From: Shewanellaceae bacterium UBA2521
Lineage (GTDB): Bacteria; Pseudomonadota; Gammaproteobacteria; Enterobacterales; Shewanellaceae
Assembly (NCBI GenBank): GCA_002341165.1
Contig: DDNL01000049.1
Coordinates: forward strand, 10,891-42,890
Reading direction: 5' to 3'
Length of the DNA stretch: 32,000 bases
The notes beneath the pieces are model-generated. The model did not search any database, had not been told where the DNA came from, and saw only the letters and a list, made by a program, of their open reading frames with translations. The position numbers and the translations under genes are program-made. Every line of letters begins with the position of its first letter. The first letter of the stretch is position 1. Shown one piece after another: positions 27,925-32,000 of the stretch.

Positions 27925-29073
27925 TTAGTTTCTCCCTTGGATAGAGCGTTGACCACGCATTGGACGTGTTGAACTCCGAGGTTGTGTGTTCATAGAATCT
28001 GACATCGAGCTTACACTGCGCGTCTCATCCATAGAGCTAGGCGTCACCGCGCTATTCCTACGTGAAGAGATAATTTTATCTAGTGGCAAGTAAAGCATGT
28101 TGCCGCTGCCTTTAGTATCGACCAATACTTTGGAAGTACTAGAGAAGACTTGAGCCATAGCTTCAATGTACAAGCGCTCTCTTGTGACTACAGGCGCTGC
28201 TACATACTCAGGTAGTAGCTGTTTGAAACGCGCCACTTTACCCTCAGCTTCTAAAATAACACGCTCTTTGTAAGCGTTTGCATCTTGTTCCATACGTTTG
28301 ACTAAACCTCGCGCTTTAGGTTCTTTCTCACGCTCGTAAGCTTCTGCTTCGCGAATATAACGCTCTTCATCTTCCTGAGCAGAAATAGCATCATCAAAAG
28401 CATCTTTCACTTCTTCAGGAGGACGAGCAGGCAAAAAGTTAACATCAACAATAGTTAAGCCTAAATGATAAGGCTCAATAATACGTTTGAGTTCGTCCCA
28501 AGTATCACGACGGATCTTTTCCCGTCCTGTGGTTAAAGCATTGTCCATAGAATTATGCCCAATCACATAACGTAATGCGCTGTCCATCGCTTCTCGCAAA
28601 CTCGTATTAGCGTTGGTTACGCTGAATAAATAATGGTAAGGGTTGGTCACTCGATATTGTACTTCCATTTCAACACGAACAACGTTTTCATCTTGAGTCA
28701 GCATACTTCCCGATGCAGGTTGAGTACGTGTGTTATTGATATCAACAGGAACGACTTGATCAATAAAAGTTGGTTTCCAATGCAAGCCTGGCATCACTTC
28801 ACCCGCATATTTTCCAAAGCGCAGTACAACACCTCTTTCGGCTTCTTTAATCGTATAGAAACCTGAGGCTCCCCATATAGTGACGAGAATAGCTAAACCT
28901 ACACCAAATAGAGAAGCACTAAACTGTGGCTTGTTACCATTGCCGCGCTTTTGATTCATACCTAAACGGTTCATTAAATTCTTTAAGACATCATCCAAGT
29001 CAGGTGGGCCTTGTTTTTTTCCACCACCACCCCAAGGATCGTTGCCTCTGTTACCAGGTTCATTCCACGCCAT
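27925..29073 (-). CDS. hflK: FtsH protease modulator HflK (SPFH/band-7)
   Basis: MAWNEPGNRGNDPWGGGGKKQGPPDLDDVLKNL parallels the E. coli HflK N-terminus. A TM helix and SPFH domain follow. Confidence 0.96.
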   Translation of the reverse strand: MAWNEPGNRGNDPWGGGGKKQGPPDLDDVLKNLMNRLGMNQKRGNGNKPQFSASLFGVGLAILVTIWGASGFYTIKEAERGVVLRFGKYAGEVMPGLHWKPTFIDQVVPVDINNTRTQPASGSMLTQDENVVRVEMEVQYRVTNPYHYLFSVTNANTSLREAMDSALRYVIGHNSMDNALTTGREKIRRDTWDELKRIIEPYHLGLTIVDVNFLPARPPEEVKDAFDDAISAQEDEERYIREAEAYEREKEPKARGLVKRMEQDANAYKERVILEAEGKVARFKQLLPEYVAAPVVTRERLYIEAMAQVFSSTSKVLVDTKGSGNMLYLPLDKIISSRRNSAVTPSSMDETRSVSSMSDSMNTQPRSSTRPMRGQRSIQGRN

Positions 29074-29278
29074 GTAACTCTCCGATATGCGTCACTAAAA
29101 AATTAAAAGGTAATATGAACGACTTATCTTTATATAAGTATTTTTTTATTGAAGTCACGACAAACTAACGCTGCCATGACTTACAGGTTATTGCAGCGAT
29201 AAGGCCGCAATTTAACGCTCATGGAAGTATTCTATTCCTTCACCTAAAAGACAAAGATAATCGACATTTATATATCAT

Positions 29279-30580
29279 TCAACTCATTGTATCCGAAAAG
29301 TAAACAAATTGCTCTAATTCACGGTTTGTTTCTTTTAAAAGTCGCTGCCAGTTGATATGTGAAACTTCTATATGTAGCAAGCATTGGCCTTGCTCATCAA
29401 ACTCATGGCTCATGATATCTGTATGATCAAAGAGAAGCCCGAGATAACGGCCCTGCTGGCTAGGCACTTTAAGATGGAACACTAACGTTTTAATCGCTAG
29501 CTTTCGCAAAATTGCATGCTTAACCTGCTCAAGGTCCTCTAACCTTTTGGCTGATGTCCAAATTTTCTCAGGGATACCTTGATCGTTATACTCAGTATGA
29601 GCTTGACCACCTTCTATCAGATCAATCTTGTTATAAACGACTAAACAAGGTAAATCTTGTGCGCCCAATTGCGTCAACACATCTTGTACTGTATCCATAT
29701 TCTCACACATATGTGGATCAGAACAATCAACAACATGGAGTAATAAATCAGCCTCTTGAGTCTCTTGTAACGTTGCTTTAAACGACACCACGAGATCATG
29801 GGGCAAATGTCGAATAAAGCCAACTGTATCGGCTAAAATACACCTTTGAGTTTCTGTTAAATCTATTTTTCGCAACGTAGGGTCTAATGTAGCAAAGAGT
29901 TGATCTTGCACATAAACATGAGACTCAGTCATTTTATTAAAAAGTGTCGATTTACCTGCATTGGTATAACCAACTAAAGCAACTGTAGGCACATCACTGC
30001 GCGTACGAGATCGTCTTGTTTGCACTCTTTGCTTCTCTACTTTGGCTAAACGACGTTCAATCGCTTTGATGCGTTGGCTTAATAAACGCTTATCTGTTTC
30101 AAGCTGCTTCTCACCAGGACCTCTTAAGCCAATGCCACCTTTTTGTCGCTCTAAGTGCGTCCAACCTCTTACGAGACGTGTCGATAAATGCTTTAACTGT
30201 GCCAGCTCAACTTGAAGTTTACCTTCATGTGTACGAGCACGTTGTGCAAAAATATCTAAAATCAACGTGGTTCGATCAAAAACACGACATTGACAAAGCT
30301 TTTCTAAGTCTCGTTCCTGAGCAGGAGTCAAACTATGATTAAAGATGACGACCTCCGCGCCCACATCTTTAACCATTTGTGCAATTTCTTCTGCCTTACC
30401 CGTACCTACAAAGTATTTCGAATGCGGCTTTTTTCTATTAGAGTGGATAAGTCCCTTAGATTTTAAATTAGCCGAATATACCAATTGCTCAAATTCATCT
30501 ACATCATTTTGATTCATATCACCATGAAAATCGATGTGAACTAGAACTGCAATTTCTCCAGCATCATAGCGATCAAACAA
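29279..30580 (-). CDS. hflX: Ribosome-associated GTPase HflX
   Basis: MFDRYDAGEIAVLVHI...ILDIFAQRARTHEGKLQVELAQLKHLSTRLVRGWTHLERQKGGIGLRGPGEKQLETD is near-identical in pattern to E. coli HflX. The G1 motif GYTNAGKST is present. Confidence 0.97.
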   Translation of the reverse strand: MFDRYDAGEIAVLVHIDFHGDMNQNDVDEFEQLVYSANLKSKGLIHSNRKKPHSKYFVGTGKAEEIAQMVKDVGAEVVIFNHSLTPAQERDLEKLCQCRVFDRTTLILDIFAQRARTHEGKLQVELAQLKHLSTRLVRGWTHLERQKGGIGLRGPGEKQLETDKRLLSQRIKAIERRLAKVEKQRVQTRRSRTRSDVPTVALVGYTNAGKSTLFNKMTESHVYVQDQLFATLDPTLRKIDLTETQRCILADTVGFIRHLPHDLVVSFKATLQETQEADLLLHVVDCSDPHMCENMDTVQDVLTQLGAQDLPCLVVYNKIDLIEGGQAHTEYNDQGIPEKIWTSAKRLEDLEQVKHAILRKLAIKTLVFHLKVPSQQGRYLGLLFDHTDIMSHEFDEQGQCLLHIEVSHINWQRLLKETNRELEQFVYFSDTMS

Positions 30581-30590
30581 ACCTTAGCTC

Positions 30591-30857
30591 CTACAAAGGC
30601 TGCTCTACGTCATCATCTGACGGAAATGAGCCTTGATTAGAAAAAGATGTATTCACTGAACGATTTGGCACTACCGTTGAGATAGCATGTTTATATACCA
30701 TCTGGCTGACTGCATTTTTCAATAAAATGACAAATTGATCAAATGACTCAATTTCCCCTTGTAATTTAATACCGTTTACTAAATAAATAGAAACAGGTGT
30801 TTTTTCTTTTCTTAATGTATTCAAGAACGGATCTTGTAAAGATTGCCCTTTAGCCAT
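30591..30857 (-). CDS. hfq: RNA chaperone Hfq
   Basis: [64 protein letters not shown] contains the Sm1/Sm2 motifs. 88 aa with a short acidic tail. Confidence 0.98.
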   Translation of the reverse strand: MAKGQSLQDPFLNTLRKEKTPVSIYLVNGIKLQGEIESFDQFVILLKNAVSQMVYKHAISTVVPNRSVNTSFSNQGSFPSDDDVEQPL

Positions 30858-30930
30858 AATATAAAATTCCTTAACTCAAAAATAAACTGTTTATCTTGTC
30901 TATGATACCGTTTAAACACCAGACAGTATA

Positions 30931-31848
30931 CTAGAACTGTTCTAATATTCTCTTAAGATTTTGCTCTGATCCCATATCGAGTTCATGCAAGTTATTCCAA
31001 CTTCTCAGCCACGTTAATTGACGCTTAGCTAACTGTCGTGTTGCAGCTAAACTTTTAGCTACCATTTCATCATAATCAAACTCTCCTTGTAAGTACTGCC
31101 AACATTGTCTGTAACCAACGCAGCGCATCGAAGGCAAATCTAAATGCAAATTAGGGTTTTGCATCAGATCATGCACTTCATCAATAAATCCTTCGTTTAA
31201 CATTTCGTGAAACCGTAACGCAATATGATCGTGTAATATACTGCGCTGATTAGGAAATAATGCAAACTGTAAACATGAATAAGGCAAAGCTTCAGGCTTT
31301 TGAGCTGTAAGTTGTGTAAGCGTTTCACCACTCAAGCGAAATACTTCTATAGCTCGAGTTAAACGTTGTGGATCATGCGGATGAATCCGTTGTGCAGATT
31401 CGGGATCAATGCGCTCTAACTCTTCATGTAGACGCTCCCAGCCCTGTTCCTGAGCCTGAATTAAAATATCTTTTCTGATGCCTTCATCCGCTTCAGGTAA
31501 AGGGGATAAACCTTCAATTAAAGCTTTGAAGTACATCATAGTTCCCCCTACTAAAAGAGGAATACGCTGACGCGCAATAATATCATCGATATGGTGCAAT
31601 GCATCTTGACGAAACTGAGCCACAGAGTAACTCTTTTCGGGACTCAAAATATCTATGAGATGGTGCGGTGCAGCTTGTAGTTCTTCGGCTGTCGGTTTCG
31701 CGGTACCAATATCCATACCGCGATAAATCATAGCTGAATCAACTGATATAATCTCACAAGGTAAATGCTCAAGCAGAGACATAGCTAAAGCTGTTTTTCC
31801 TGAAGCAGTAGGCCCCATAAGACATATGATTTTAGGTTGTGTCGTCAC
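30931..31848 (-). CDS. miaA: tRNA dimethylallyltransferase MiaA
   Basis: P-loop [13 protein letters not shown], then [16 protein letters not shown] and [10 protein letters not shown]. It lies upstream of hfq, as in enterobacteria. Confidence 0.96.
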   Translation of the reverse strand: MTTQPKIICLMGPTASGKTALAMSLLEHLPCEIISVDSAMIYRGMDIGTAKPTAEELQAAPHHLIDILSPEKSYSVAQFRQDALHHIDDIIARQRIPLLVGGTMMYFKALIEGLSPLPEADEGIRKDILIQAQEQGWERLHEELERIDPESAQRIHPHDPQRLTRAIEVFRLSGETLTQLTAQKPEALPYSCLQFALFPNQRSILHDHIALRFHEMLNEGFIDEVHDLMQNPNLHLDLPSMRCVGYRQCWQYLQGEFDYDEMVAKSLAATRQLAKRQLTWLRSWNNLHELDMGSEQNLKRILEQF

Positions 31849-31864
31849 AAGTTCAATCTTCTTT

Positions 31865-32000
31865 TTATTTTATAAAATTACACCAAGGTATATGAAACCC
31901 TGCAGCAAGGCGTTGATCTAAAGTTTCTGCAGGCAAATTCAACCAGCGTTGCCAAATAGAGCTCACATCGCTCACATACTGACTTAGTATAGACACAAAA
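31865..32000 (-). CDS. mutL: 3' end (44 codons plus stop) of an upstream gene entering from the right edge, probably mutL by synteny
   Basis: Manual minus-strand translation gives ...[44 protein letters not shown], with the stop at 31865-31867, 16 nt before the miaA start. The identity is inferred only from the conserved mutL-miaA-hfq order. The fragment is too short for a motif call. Confidence 0.4.
   Translation of the reverse strand, partial: FVSILSQYVSDVSSIWQRWLNLPAETLDQRLAAGFHIPWCNFIK

Noticed and set aside
29125-29160. Plus-strand hairpin ACTTAT-ctttat-ATAAGT followed by a T7 run in the hflX-hflK spacer, a terminator-like shape
   Set aside because: The stem is 6 bp and almost entirely A-T, so it is very weak. 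There is no plus-strand gene or promoter to terminate, and the shape is consistent with AT-rich noise.

Overview
The window is AT-rich (about 40% GC by eye) and gammaproteobacterial. Every credible gene lies on the minus strand. It holds two blocks. Block 1 (1-21136) is a polar-flagellum export, switch and regulatory cluster in Vibrio/Pseudomonas order. Read 5'->3' on the minus strand it runs flrA(fleQ) - [ureohydrolase] - flrB - flrC - fliEFGHIJ - fliKLMNOPQR - flhB - flhA, with flhA truncated at the left edge. I could read four correctly spaced sigma-54 (-24 GG / -12 GC) promoters. They sit where the Vibrio class II/III hierarchy predicts: upstream of flrB, fliE, fliK and flhA. Block 2 (21246-32000) is the conserved housekeeping string (mutL')-miaA-hfq-hflX-hflK-hflC-purA-[X]-rnr-rlmB, colinear with E. 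coli. The slot between purA and rnr, which holds nsrR in E. coli, carries a secreted Sel1-repeat protein. I recognise it as the Na+-motor T-ring protein MotX, and it is preceded by a sigma-28-type promoter. I found no CRISPR array, transposase or integrase, phage gene, tRNA or rRNA, and no defence-island signature. Most of the window is ordinary conserved biology. The best candidate for undescribed biology is an intact Mn-ureohydrolase (agmatinase/arginase family) gene inserted between flrA and flrBC. Lesser items are a possible plus-strand small RNA sharing the hflC terminator, an NPEH variant of the FlhB autocleavage motif, an in-frame (GAT)n poly-Asp tail on FliM, and two oversized spacers in the hfq-purA block. 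All functional calls rest on motif and synteny recognition from the translated ORFs, and no database search was run.
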